Below are positions 28,992 to 38,340 of a DNA stretch of 64,000 bases, piece by piece. The stretch is from Candidatus Saccharimonadales bacterium. Lineage in GTDB: Bacteria > Patescibacteriota > Saccharimonadia > Saccharimonadales > UBA10212. The notes beneath the pieces were generated by a model that did not search any database, was not told where the DNA came from, and worked only from the letters and a program-made list of their open reading frames with translations. The stretch lies in the NCBI GenBank assembly GCA_038245195.1, contig JBBRSU010000003.1:8850-72849 (forward strand), read 5' to 3'. Numbering within the stretch: the stretch's first letter is position 1; every line of letters begins with the position of its first letter. Position numbers and translations under genes: made by a program.

Positions 28992-29351
28992 TCATAGGCC
29001 CTTCTTTTGTAGCCGCCAATAACGGCCAGCTCGAACTGCTATGACTTCCCGGTCAATTCCGGCGTAATCCAGTAAGTGCTGTTCCAGCGTGACGCGACCC
29101 TGTTTGGCGTCTATATCGCTTAGTAGTTTGCCCATACGAAACTGAACGTTAAGATCAGCCACCCGTTCGTCCAGGATGTCTCCGCTTAACGCTGGCTCAA
29201 CTAGTTCGTCCCATACGGACTTCGGATATAGGTGTAGGTAGTTTTGAAACCCTCTGGTTATGACTGCTCCTGATGTGAACTCGCCACGAAGCTCGGCCGG
29301 TAATGTTAGCCGCCGCTTGTCGTCAAGCTTACGTTCGAAGTAGTCTCCCAT
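28992..29351 (-). CDS. mraZ: Transcriptional regulator MraZ
   Basis: KLDDKRRLTLPA, VITRG, IDAKQGRVTL; first gene of the dcw cluster. Confidence 0.92.
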   Translation of the reverse strand: MGDYFERKLDDKRRLTLPAELRGEFTSGAVITRGFQNYLHLYPKSVWDELVEPALSGDILDERVADLNVQFRMGKLLSDIDAKQGRVTLEQHLLDYAGIDREVIAVRAGRYWRLQKKGL

Positions 29352-29411
29352 ATGATTTGATGTACCTGCTAGTGGTTTTTTTATTTTTGGGTGGTGGTAG
29401 CTATTTTGGCT

Positions 29412-29458
29412 ACCCACTTTCTTCCACTACCAGCACTATACTACCCACTGTTACCCAC
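29412..29458 (-). promoter_or_regulatory. MraZ-binding direct repeats
   Basis: GTGGG, GTGGG, GTGCT, GTGGA, GTGGG at 9-12 nt spacing upstream of mraZ, matching known GTGG-type MraZ boxes. Confidence 0.75.
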
Positions 29459-29476
29459 ATGCAATAGTATTTTTAA

Positions 29477-29503
29477 TAAAAGTGACCGCCCTCGCGGTCA
29501 CTT
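29477..29503 (-). terminator. Intrinsic terminator after the LysM gene
   Basis: AAGTGACCGC-GAGG-GCGGTCACTT followed by a T-rich tail on the minus strand. Confidence 0.75.
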
Positions 29504-29572
29504 GTCCACAGATTGAATATATAGGTCAATTAGCACCATATATAGAGCCCCGTATAACTTTGCTTACGCTAT

Positions 29573-29920
29573 CTAAGGGTGTTCGGGTATTCGTAAATTC
29601 TCACCAGGTCGTAACATCCGATCGGGTTGATCGGTCTTGGGTAGTTGAGTGTTTAGCATGTTTTCATAATTCAAATCATTTGCGTGTCCAAAATGGGCAG
29701 CTACTGAACTTTCAGTATCGCCAGCTCTAACTGAATAGTTTATATGTGGTTGAGCCTCAGTTGGTACTGCTATGTCCGACTTAAAAACGCTGTCTGCGCT
29801 TGTTCCACGCTCAAATGCCAAACCAATTCCACCCAGAACAGCTGCGGCGGTCAGTGGTGCTAAAATTTTATTTATTTTACTTAATCTAATGTTCGGATTG
29901 TTTATTGTTGCTTCAGACAT
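29573..29920 (-). CDS. Membrane-anchored LysM-like domain protein
   Basis: TM segment, then YSVRAGDTESSVAAHF...LRPGENLRIP. Confidence 0.8.
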   Translation of the reverse strand: MSEATINNPNIRLSKINKILAPLTAAAVLGGIGLAFERGTSADSVFKSDIAVPTEAQPHINYSVRAGDTESSVAAHFGHANDLNYENMLNTQLPKTDQPDRMLRPGENLRIPEHP

Positions 29921-29964
29921 GTTTTATATACTAGCACAGATTGGCTAAATGGTCAAGCTTAGTT

Positions 29965-31248
29965 TCAGGCGGACAATTTTTTAATGCGTTCGGCAAACCA
30001 TTTGGCGCTGGGACGAATTGTCCGTTTCATACCGTTAGACCTATCTACCTCAACTAATCCAAATTTAGGCCACCAACCATTCTCCCATTCGAAATTATCT
30101 AAAAGGCTCCAATGAAAGTAGCCAATTAGGTTAACGCCTTCGCTTTTGGCTTTTTCCATGGCTACCAGGGTTTCTTCTATCCACCAGCGACGGTATTCAT
30201 CTTCGGAATCTGCAACACCGTTTTCGGTGATGATTATTGGCTTACCTTTATAATGACGCGATACGCTAAGCAGTAGTGGGTATAGGCCCTCGGGCTCCAT
30301 ATACCAGCCCATGTCGTTTAGCGGTGTGGTAGGGTCTTTTCGCTTGCCAAGATCAGAGTAATAATCCGTGAAGTAGTAGTTAAAGCCTATAAAGTCCATA
30401 TGTTTTCTAACTCGGCGTAAAAAGAACCAGTTCCAAAAATAGCGCATAAAGCGGGTAGTAAATTCATCTAACTCGTTATGCGGACGTTTGGCCTGAATAT
30501 TCGCCAGCTGTGAAGCTAAGCCTACCTGAAGATTCGGATTGGCATTTTTAAGTATCTTGTAGGCTTTTTTATGAACTTTAATTAGGTTCCAATAAACTCT
30601 AGCAAAACTAATAATACTAGTTTCGCCTGGCGGCCAATGACCACTGGTAGGCTCACCAGTTAGATAGCCGAATGTGGTATAAACATTCGGCTCATTAAGT
30701 GTCAGTACCCACTTAAGCTGACCGGCATAGTCATCGGCAATTTTTTGGATGAATCGGTTAAAGTATCTCAGGTTGCGTGAGTACTTAAAGCCACCCTTTT
30801 CGGTGAACCAGACTGGCATCGTCCAGTGCCAGATATTCATGACTGGCTCGATGCCCTGAGCCTTCAACTCTTTTATATATTCTCGATAATGTTCAACCGC
30901 TTCTTCATCCCAAGTACCCTCTTGTGGTTCGATACGAGCCCATTCGATAGCAAATCGTAGACTATTCAAGTTTAAGCTTTTTGCTAGCTTAAAGTCTTGC
31001 CGGTAAAGATTATAATGATCAACCCCTCGACCGCTGATATAGTTTTCAGGCTTTATGGCTTGGGCCTTGATTCTATCCCAGCTAGGAAGGTGCCCTAACC
31101 TTTGTTCAGCGGTCTTGGCCAGTTCGGCGGCGTGTGCCAGTTCCCAGACCGTCCACTGGTCATGGTTACCGCCTTCAACCTGATGGCCTGAAGTGCTGGC
31201 CCCCCACATAAAACTTTTGGAAAATTCGGGTTTTGTATCTTCGGGCAT
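29965..31248 (-). CDS. Glycoside hydrolase family 1
   Basis: FMWGASTSGHQVEG, TLNEP, ITENG, WSLLDNFEW. Confidence 0.96.
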   Translation of the reverse strand: MPEDTKPEFSKSFMWGASTSGHQVEGGNHDQWTVWELAHAAELAKTAEQRLGHLPSWDRIKAQAIKPENYISGRGVDHYNLYRQDFKLAKSLNLNSLRFAIEWARIEPQEGTWDEEAVEHYREYIKELKAQGIEPVMNIWHWTMPVWFTEKGGFKYSRNLRYFNRFIQKIADDYAGQLKWVLTLNEPNVYTTFGYLTGEPTSGHWPPGETSIISFARVYWNLIKVHKKAYKILKNANPNLQVGLASQLANIQAKRPHNELDEFTTRFMRYFWNWFFLRRVRKHMDFIGFNYYFTDYYSDLGKRKDPTTPLNDMGWYMEPEGLYPLLLSVSRHYKGKPIIITENGVADSEDEYRRWWIEETLVAMEKAKSEGVNLIGYFHWSLLDNFEWENGWWPKFGLVEVDRSNGMKRTIRPSAKWFAERIKKLSA

Positions 31249-31302
31249 ATTCGCCCTAATTGTACCAGACGACAGTTTTAGGAATGCGACCCAAAACCAC
31301 TT

Positions 31303-31695
31303 TTACATTTTGATGACGAGATTCAGAATGTTGCCATCTGGGTCTTTAAACCAAGCAGCTTTTAGCTCGCCCATGACGTGGACATCGCCTTCCATTTTTA
31401 CTCTCGGCATATCTGAGTAATGCTCAAAGCTAACTCTTTTGGATTTTAGCTCGTCGACAATTGTGCCTAAGTCTTCGCCACAACCCCAGCCTATGGCTGT
31501 AGCTTGGTTAGTGCCTGCATATTGGGTTGGATATACCAAGACTCTGGAGCTTCCGGTTTTGTACATAACGCCACCAGCGGAGTCATCCATCCCCATATCG
31601 GCTTGACTTAGACCAAGCTTGCCTTCGTAAAATTCTTTAGCCCTAGCCATGTCTTTAACAGCGATTACTGCACTTGATGTTTTGTCTGCTAACAT
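31303..31695 (-). CDS. VOC/glyoxalase family protein
   Basis: DMARAKEFYEGKLGL and WFKDPDGNIL. Confidence 0.92.
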   Translation of the reverse strand: MLADKTSSAVIAVKDMARAKEFYEGKLGLSQADMGMDDSAGGVMYKTGSSRVLVYPTQYAGTNQATAIGWGCGEDLGTIVDELKSKRVSFEHYSDMPRVKMEGDVHVMGELKAAWFKDPDGNILNLVIKM

Positions 31696-31842
31696 AGTTC
31701 CCCCTTTTGGTTGTTGGTTGATTATTTAAAAAAGAGAGAAGATTGGTTTGTCTTAAATTATACTCCGTTTATATGTGGTAAATCTAACCTTTGAAGTATA
31801 TCCCTAATGATATTAAAATAAGTTCAATGATTCAGGTAGTGG

Positions 31843-33471
31843 ATGGAAAAAGGCAGCTTCAGGCCTAATAACGTCGTTTTTAGCGGGAATCAAGGGAATT
31901 CCCTATCCACACTGCCAAAAGCTAATACTAAAGAATTCGAAAAAAGGATGCTTGATCAAATTACCTTTGATGGAGCAATCGAGATTGCCAATGATTGGCG
32001 AGAAGCCACTAACGGTTCGCATATATCAAAGGAGGAGTACTCTAATTTGTACTCTGCCGGATACGTATCGCATACAGCATCTGAAGTCGAAGATATTTTT
32101 CATGACTGGCAGGACTATCAAATAGTCAGCCAATCCTATTATATTGAACCGGATACTAGGAACGAAAATGAATGGACAGCTGTTGAGGGTTTATGGCAAG
32201 AAGCTAAAATAGGGCTCATTCCACCGCAGTTTTTCATACACAGTGAAGGCTATAAAGTAGAAGGCTCGAACAGTTCTAGCAAAAAACTTTCCAGGCACCG
32301 ACTAACCAGCGGTTCTGCAACCGCTAAAGTGGTATTGCAGAGATACTACAGATATGTACTTACAGATTACATCCTTAACAAAGGGACTGAGTCGGGAGAG
32401 GAGGTCTCAGAAGACAGAAAGATAAATATTGCCATGGGCTTTACTGTAATGACCGGTAAACCTCTCACGTCACTAATCGGAGCAATTAAAAATAGTAGGC
32501 CTGAAACTACAGAAGCAGAAATATTAGAAGCGGCTGAGGATTTAGGTGTGTACGATTATATATACCCCAAATCTCGTGAAAAACACCTTAAAACTTTAGT
32601 AGAAGTTGCTAGGCCGAAGCCTTATAAGCCCGAATATTCCTCTAATTTTCCTGAAGAATTGCTTTCATATGAAGCCGATGAAACTTACTTTGACCTAAAG
32701 CGCACTCAGCTTGTAGTAGGTAGGGTAGCTATCAAGGAAGCAATGAGGGCCGGTAGGAATATTAGCCCACTTACAGAATTGTTAATTAACGACGGAGGCA
32801 TTATTCAAAGCCAAGCCGATAGACATAGATTCAAGGAGTGGACTAAGGAAGATTGCCTTCTGTACGGAAAATGGTTATTAAAACAACTCCAAGGCCGCGA
32901 TAGGTTCACATACTTTACGCTAGAACGGGCTTCTAGACTCCGGTTGGGGCTTGGTATAAACGGGATAAGTAACAGGTTTGACAATAGTTTAAACAATTTC
33001 TATTCCGAACTACATATAAGTAAGAAGAATATTAGAGGAGCCTACGGCCATTTCTCTTATGGCGATATGGTGAGGCACGTGCAAGTAGTGGGCGAGGCTA
33101 ACGCTGGGAAAGTTAGTGAACGATTGATTAGAGAATACTATCAGGAATATAAAGACAAAGGCATTAATGTCCCATCACCGGCTATCATTCAGAAAGTTTG
33201 CGGAGCCCAAATAGGTGAAGTCATCGAATCCGCAGGATACAAGGTTAAGCGCAAAGCTGATGCAGAAGCTTGTGTCTCTGGAGCAGTTCGGTTTTACGAT
33301 GAAAACGGACGATTTCCGTGCGTTGCCGATATTATAGAAGCTCCCTACCTTCATAGCTGGCCAACCATAAGGCGATATTGTGGAAATATTAACGGTCTGA
33401 CCGAGATGGCCAAACAGGCCCTGACCGACAGAGCTGAATTTGAGAAATCTTCTCAAAACTTAGCAGCGTGA
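31843..33471 (+). CDS. Hypothetical protein with C-terminal homing-endonuclease-associated-like helical repeats
   Basis: 542-aa ORF; three ~60-aa units, e.g. RFYDENGRFP..SWPTIRRYCGNINGL. Confidence 0.6.
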   Translation: MEKGSFRPNNVVFSGNQGNSLSTLPKANTKEFEKRMLDQITFDGAIEIANDWREATNGSHISKEEYSNLYSAGYVSHTASEVEDIFHDWQDYQIVSQSYYIEPDTRNENEWTAVEGLWQEAKIGLIPPQFFIHSEGYKVEGSNSSSKKLSRHRLTSGSATAKVVLQRYYRYVLTDYILNKGTESGEEVSEDRKINIAMGFTVMTGKPLTSLIGAIKNSRPETTEAEILEAAEDLGVYDYIYPKSREKHLKTLVEVARPKPYKPEYSSNFPEELLSYEADETYFDLKRTQLVVGRVAIKEAMRAGRNISPLTELLINDGGIIQSQADRHRFKEWTKEDCLLYGKWLLKQLQGRDRFTYFTLERASRLRLGLGINGISNRFDNSLNNFYSELHISKKNIRGAYGHFSYGDMVRHVQVVGEANAGKVSERLIREYYQEYKDKGINVPSPAIIQKVCGAQIGEVIESAGYKVKRKADAEACVSGAVRFYDENGRFPCVADIIEAPYLHSWPTIRRYCGNINGLTEMAKQALTDRAEFEKSSQNLAA

Positions 33472-33472
33472 T

Positions 33473-34015
33473 TTAGCGTTTGGGTCGACGGTCGTGGTAG
33501 GCTAGTTCGCTACGGTGTTTGTCCAGGCGTTCAATGTACTTATCAAACTGATTATAAAGGCTAGAGTATTGAGCAGTTGGAGTTAGGACCTTCAGTAGTT
33601 TGTGCTGTTCGTCTAAATACTCCACTAAGCCGAAAAAATCGCCATCGCCAGATACGATCACGGCTTGTTGGTAATTATTCATCTCGCGCATGGCCCACAA
33701 CACTAAGTCGGCATCAATGTTACCTTTGACCTTCTTCTCTTCCCCGTTTTTGTGGGTTTTTTCTTCGGATTGGGGTCGGCTCATGTCGAAAGTTGGTTTA
33801 AGTACCACGGCATAGCCGGCTTCGTGCATTTTTTCATAAATATCCACAAATTCTGGGACATAGCCAATAAACATATAGGCCTTGGTAATCCCGTACTTAT
33901 CGCCCAGGAATTGGCGGAATTTTTTCCAATCCATTTTCCAACCATACTTCTGAACACTTACGTTTAAGTTCTGGCTATCAATAAAGGCGTAATTGCCCTT
34001 TTTCTTTCTACGCAT
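33473..34015 (-). CDS. NYN domain (LabA/DUF88, PIN-like) protein
   Basis: AFIDSQNL, KGNIDADL, IVSGDGDF. Confidence 0.92.
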   Translation of the reverse strand: MRRKKKGNYAFIDSQNLNVSVQKYGWKMDWKKFRQFLGDKYGITKAYMFIGYVPEFVDIYEKMHEAGYAVVLKPTFDMSRPQSEEKTHKNGEEKKVKGNIDADLVLWAMREMNNYQQAVIVSGDGDFFGLVEYLDEQHKLLKVLTPTAQYSSLYNQFDKYIERLDKHRSELAYHDRRPKR

Positions 34016-34047
34016 AGTTGTCTATATTCTACTTAAAAGGGGTCCAA

Positions 34048-34566
34048 TTAGCTACCGTTGGGGTGTTTGGCATAACTTTGTCTTGAATAGTGGCCCATCA
34101 CTCGGCTGAGTTCGTAGCTGGTGATGGCCAGTCCTGGGAGATAGATTAACGTTATCAACCCAATTGGTTTATGAATAAAATCGCTGATGTAGCCCAGTTT
34201 GGGTACTACTTTTGCGGTCTTGCCTTTGATTGAACTATATGAAGTCGGCGGGTCGGGGTATTTAAGATTGTCACCTTTGGTGATCAGGTAACCATTCTGT
34301 GGGTTTAGTTGGTATATTCGGTGGGTAATTATGATGGATGGGCTCTGAGTACTGGTATAACTGATGATATTGCCGATGTGTAGGCTGGCTGGATTTGGTC
34401 TAGTAGCTATCGCTAAGTCACCGGGCTGGAGTATTGGTGCCATGCTAGCAGTTTGGACACTGTAAAACCGTAAACCTTCAGTTTTCCACAAGACCAGGCC
34501 GGCCAGGCTAACTATTACCAATAAGCTCAAACAGCTCAGTAATAAAGCTCTGAGGTATTTCGTCAT
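34048..34566 (-). CDS. sipW: Signal peptidase I, SipW/ER type (S26B)
   Basis: VQTASMAP, ITHRI and TKGDN..PD motifs (Ser-His type); TM at both ends. Confidence 0.85.
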   Translation of the reverse strand: MTKYLRALLLSCLSLLVIVSLAGLVLWKTEGLRFYSVQTASMAPILQPGDLAIATRPNPASLHIGNIISYTSTQSPSIIITHRIYQLNPQNGYLITKGDNLKYPDPPTSYSSIKGKTAKVVPKLGYISDFIHKPIGLITLIYLPGLAITSYELSRVMGHYSRQSYAKHPNGS

Positions 34567-34569
34567 CGT

Positions 34570-35160
34570 TTAGATGGCCAAGCCGGTGAACACCAGGTTA
34601 ATGCCGGAGATTGAAGCGCTGGCAGCCGTGAAGGCATCGGAGGCAATGGTTACTCGTATACTATATTGAACTGTCGCTAAAGAGTTAACCGTGTCGTTAA
34701 TGGTAATGCCCCCGGTAGTATTGCCGTCCATTAATGACTTGAGGGATAGGCTGGTTTTAGCACCGCTATCTACCCTGGTGATTTCAAAAAAGATTTTAGT
34801 TAAATCTACAATTGCCCCAGTTGGCGATGCGGTTGTGATAGTTGGAGTTGTGCTAATTGAAGATTTGATTGCCAGGTTGGCGGTACCCATGTTTTTAAGA
34901 TAAAAGGTGTTCCCTGCCGTAGGGTAGGCTGAACCACCGGGAGTTACGCCGTTAAAATCAAAGCCTATGGCGGTAGTTGTTAAGCTACTGCCGTCTCTGT
35001 TGATTCTAAGATCGGCCGAGGTAGTCTCGATAGTATTGGCCGACAGAACAGCTGGGGATGACTGTAGGGCTGCGAATGTAGCGACCGTGGTTATTGTGCC
35101 GACGGCACCAATTACGATAATCGAACGTATTAGTGGTCTAAGGTAGGATTTCTGGCTCAT
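34570..35160 (-). CDS. TasA/CalY-like secreted protein with SipW-class signal peptide
   Basis: TM-ATFAALQS..LSANTIETTSADL, VTPGGS, FYLKNMGTANL; beta-rich; directly upstream of sipW. Confidence 0.75.
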   Translation of the reverse strand: MSQKSYLRPLIRSIIVIGAVGTITTVATFAALQSSPAVLSANTIETTSADLRINRDGSSLTTTAIGFDFNGVTPGGSAYPTAGNTFYLKNMGTANLAIKSSISTTPTITTASPTGAIVDLTKIFFEITRVDSGAKTSLSLKSLMDGNTTGGITINDTVNSLATVQYSIRVTIASDAFTAASASISGINLVFTGLAI

Positions 35161-35260
35161 ACAAAACTCCTTGGTGTTAGTTCCACTATCCGACTAACAG
35201 TTAAAATCGTCAAGAGATATATTTTACAACAACGCTAGTTTGTGATTTAGTATAAGCTTT

Positions 35261-35887
35261 TTAAACCTCGACTGATTGGCCGTGGCTCAGGTTGTGGAAC
35301 TTAAAATTAAAAATAGTGAAGCGACTTGCAAATGACTTATAGATTTCGGGGTTTGCCCCCAATTTATCGTAATGAATAGGTATCACGTATTTGGCAGAAA
35401 CTTGTTTTGCGAAAAAGAAACAGTCTTTCATTGAAACGTCTGGACCTGTAATCGGAAGTGCCAAAGTATCCACAGATAAATCCTTTAACTCCTTGCCATC
35501 GCCAGGATGAAAGAACCTATCATTTACTAAATAACCGGTGTTCTGAGGCCCTTGGCTACCATCTGGCAAGAGACAGTGTGGTAATTCGATAGCTTTAATC
35601 TTAAAACCACCGACTTCATAGGATTTGCCGTTTTCTACTACCGATTTAGAGGCTTGGATGTGCTTGGCAGTACTATCGTTAGCATAAACCGGAGCAATGC
35701 CTTGTTCAACAAAAATTTGAGCCATCTGGGCATCAAAATGATCAGTGTGTTCATGGGTGTAAAAAACTGCATCAAGCTCGCCTAATCTATAAACGGTTTG
35801 TTCATCATCTTTGCTAGGATCAATTAGAATCCTGCGGCCGTTGTTTTCGATTAGTAAACAACTTTGGAAATATCTAGTAATTTTCAT
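35261..35887 (-). CDS. Metallo-beta-lactamase fold hydrolase
   Basis: ILIDP, THEHTDH, HPGD, IPIHY. Confidence 0.93.
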   Translation of the reverse strand: MKITRYFQSCLLIENNGRRILIDPSKDDEQTVYRLGELDAVFYTHEHTDHFDAQMAQIFVEQGIAPVYANDSTAKHIQASKSVVENGKSYEVGGFKIKAIELPHCLLPDGSQGPQNTGYLVNDRFFHPGDGKELKDLSVDTLALPITGPDVSMKDCFFFAKQVSAKYVIPIHYDKLGANPEIYKSFASRFTIFNFKFHNLSHGQSVEV

Positions 35888-36053
35888 ATGCTCCTCTCGC
35901 CTAACTCTATTTTATACCAGAGCGATATTTAACTTGTTAAGTATTCCCTTCCCAGAACTCTGAGAGATAAACGGCCTGCTGATAATTGTTTAGCACCCAC
36001 TTAATAGAATTAGCTTGAAGCCTGTTTTGGGATGGATAAAATGCTTGGCTTGG

Positions 36054-37433
36054 TCATTCAACATTTTCTGAAAGATTATCAATCTTTATTCGTCGTTGTT
36101 CGGTAGTGTCGCGGTTGCGGACGGTGACTGTGTTGTCTTCTAGGCTTTGGAAGTCGATGGTGATCGTAATGGGGGTGCCGATTTCGTCCTGGCGGCGGTA
36201 GCGTTTGCCGATGTTGCCGTTGTCATCGAACATTACTCGGCCATTGGTTTGCTTGCGGAGCAGTTTGTGGACTTCTTTGGCTTTGGCGACCAGCTCGGGC
36301 TTGTTCTTTAGCAACGGGAAAACGGCGGCCTTGACTGGGGCCAGGTGAGCCGGCAGTTTTAAGTAAGTCCGCTTCTCGTCCTCAACTTTATCTTCTGTGT
36401 AAGCATTACTTAAAACTGCCAAGAAATTACGGTCAACTCCAAAACTTGGTTCGATGACGTGCGGGATAAACGGAGCACCGCCGTCTTTGGGGCGGTATTC
36501 CAGGTTTTTGCCAGAGTGTTCTTGGTGGTTTTTAAGATCAAAATCAGTGCGATAGGCTAAGCCGCCAACTTCGGAAAATCCTAACGATGGGAAATCATAC
36601 TCAAAGTCGATTGTGCGTTTACTGTAATGGGCCCTATCATTCTGAGGCACCTCAATCTCTTTGATTTTATCCTGTGGTAAACCGAGGTGTTTGAACCAGG
36701 CGTGCATGTCTATGCGCCATTTTTCGAACTTGGCTTCCCAGATATTTTCTGGGATGAAATACTCAAACTCCATAATCTCAAATTCGCGGGTGCGGAACAA
36801 AAAGTCACGAGGACTGATTTCGTTACGAAAAGTCTTGCCGATTTGAGCAATTCCGAACGGCAAATCTGGATAAAAACTATCGACAATATTTTTGTAGTTA
36901 GTAAACATGCCTTGGGCGGTCTCCGGTCGGAGATAACTTATTGAGTTTTCATCTTCTACTGGCCCAACATTAGTCTTGAACATCATATTGAACTTACGGG
37001 GTTCGCCAAAGCTACCAGGCTCGCCACAGTGGGGACACTTAATCTTAGAAAGGAGTTCTCCCCATTTGCCAGTGTCCATCTCGTCATAATTAATGGCGTC
37101 TTCCAAGATGTGGTTTGCTCTTAAAACATGGTCAAATCTATGGCGTGTACGGCATTTAGTGCACTCGACTAACGGGTCCGTGAAAGTATCGACGTGTCCA
37201 CTAGCCTGCCAGACCCTGGGGTTCATCAAAATAGCCGAATCTATCTGATACATATCGTCCCAGCCATCTACGAAGTACTTGAGCCACTCGTTGACGATAT
37301 TGCGCTTTAAAAGTGTACCCAGTGGACCGTAATCCCAAGTCCCAGCTAAGCCGCCGTAGATTTCACTGCCCTGGTAAACAAAACCACGGCGCTTGGCTAA
37401 GCTAATAATATCTTCTAGTTTTACCTCACTCAT
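36054..37433 (-). CDS. glyQS: Glycine--tRNA ligase, homodimeric type
   Basis: WDYGPLG, LRPETAQG, FRNEISPR, IGKRYRRQDEIGTP. Confidence 0.98.
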   Translation of the reverse strand: MSEVKLEDIISLAKRRGFVYQGSEIYGGLAGTWDYGPLGTLLKRNIVNEWLKYFVDGWDDMYQIDSAILMNPRVWQASGHVDTFTDPLVECTKCRTRHRFDHVLRANHILEDAINYDEMDTGKWGELLSKIKCPHCGEPGSFGEPRKFNMMFKTNVGPVEDENSISYLRPETAQGMFTNYKNIVDSFYPDLPFGIAQIGKTFRNEISPRDFLFRTREFEIMEFEYFIPENIWEAKFEKWRIDMHAWFKHLGLPQDKIKEIEVPQNDRAHYSKRTIDFEYDFPSLGFSEVGGLAYRTDFDLKNHQEHSGKNLEYRPKDGGAPFIPHVIEPSFGVDRNFLAVLSNAYTEDKVEDEKRTYLKLPAHLAPVKAAVFPLLKNKPELVAKAKEVHKLLRKQTNGRVMFDDNGNIGKRYRRQDEIGTPITITIDFQSLEDNTVTVRNRDTTEQRRIKIDNLSENVE

Positions 37434-37653
37434 CTTGCTTAGGATTATAGCGGAAAATAGCGGTGTATAATAAAGTTCTTGATGGAATCTTACAAAGACA
37501 GAATAAAAAGACGGTTTAGCCCAACGGAAGCTAACGCCGTTGCAAGAGTACTTCCAAAAAAGTCTAATGAAACATCCTCTGCGATTTTTCTAAGTAACGA
37601 GATGCTGGTTTTAGGCGGACTAGAGGTGGCTCAAGATATAATTCGATGGCCCT

Positions 37654-38340
37654 CTAAGCGTGGGCAGAAGTCTGCACGGCCAAGCGAACTAGGGATTGAG
37701 TTTCTTTAACTAACCCTTCTAGATTTTGAATTTTCTGAAGAATTTCTAATTTATTATTGCTAAATATTAGCCTAAGGAATTTTATTTGGTCGGAGTTGTA
37801 GGTTTTGCCCGGGTAAAAGACCATGGCTTCGTAGTCAAAGTCATATTTCTGGCCGACAATTAATTTTTGGCCATTTTTTTCGAATGTTAGATTGGGACTA
37901 TGGCCGGCTAATTTTAGCAATTGGGCTGAGAACCAGGAATTTATTAAATCGAGGTTAATGTTAGGACTATCAAGGGCTTCAAAACCCTGCCTTAACAGAT
38001 TAAAGTAGGCTTCTTCTGGTTGGTCTTCGGTAGTTTTATTTATGAGCTTGATGGTGTCATAAGCAAGGGCAGTCCGGTTTAGATCTTTGACAATTGAGCC
38101 GTAGTGTTTAACCAGCCGGGTGGAAATAAGCGTGTTAATATCGCTACGGCCGACGATATAGCTGATTTCGCTGACGCTGAACAGCTCAATTCCGCCTGCC
38201 AGTTTACTCTTACTTTTTCTGACGCCTTTAGCAATGGCCTTCAGCTTGCCCTGGCAAGGCGTGAGAAGAGTTAGAATGCGATCGGCTTCGCCGTAATCGG
38301 TACGTGCTAAAACTATGGCTGTGGTATTAAACCTTTGCAT
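37654..38340 (-). CDS. recO: DNA repair protein RecO
   Basis: AIVLARTDYGEADRILTLLT..GK..AIAKGVRKSKSKL. Confidence 0.93.
   Translation of the reverse strand: MQRFNTTAIVLARTDYGEADRILTLLTPCQGKLKAIAKGVRKSKSKLAGGIELFSVSEISYIVGRSDINTLISTRLVKHYGSIVKDLNRTALAYDTIKLINKTTEDQPEEAYFNLLRQGFEALDSPNINLDLINSWFSAQLLKLAGHSPNLTFEKNGQKLIVGQKYDFDYEAMVFYPGKTYNSDQIKFLRLIFSNNKLEILQKIQNLEGLVKETQSLVRLAVQTSAHA

Noticed and set aside
35930-36050. Possible stem-loop or riboswitch upstream of the MBL hydrolase gene
   Set aside because: Only one imperfect stem and no recognisable aptamer consensus.
37479-37709. 76-aa plus-strand ORF after a TATAAT box
   Set aside because: Overlaps the recO 3' end on the opposite strand and has no motif; may be a remnant but cannot be supported.
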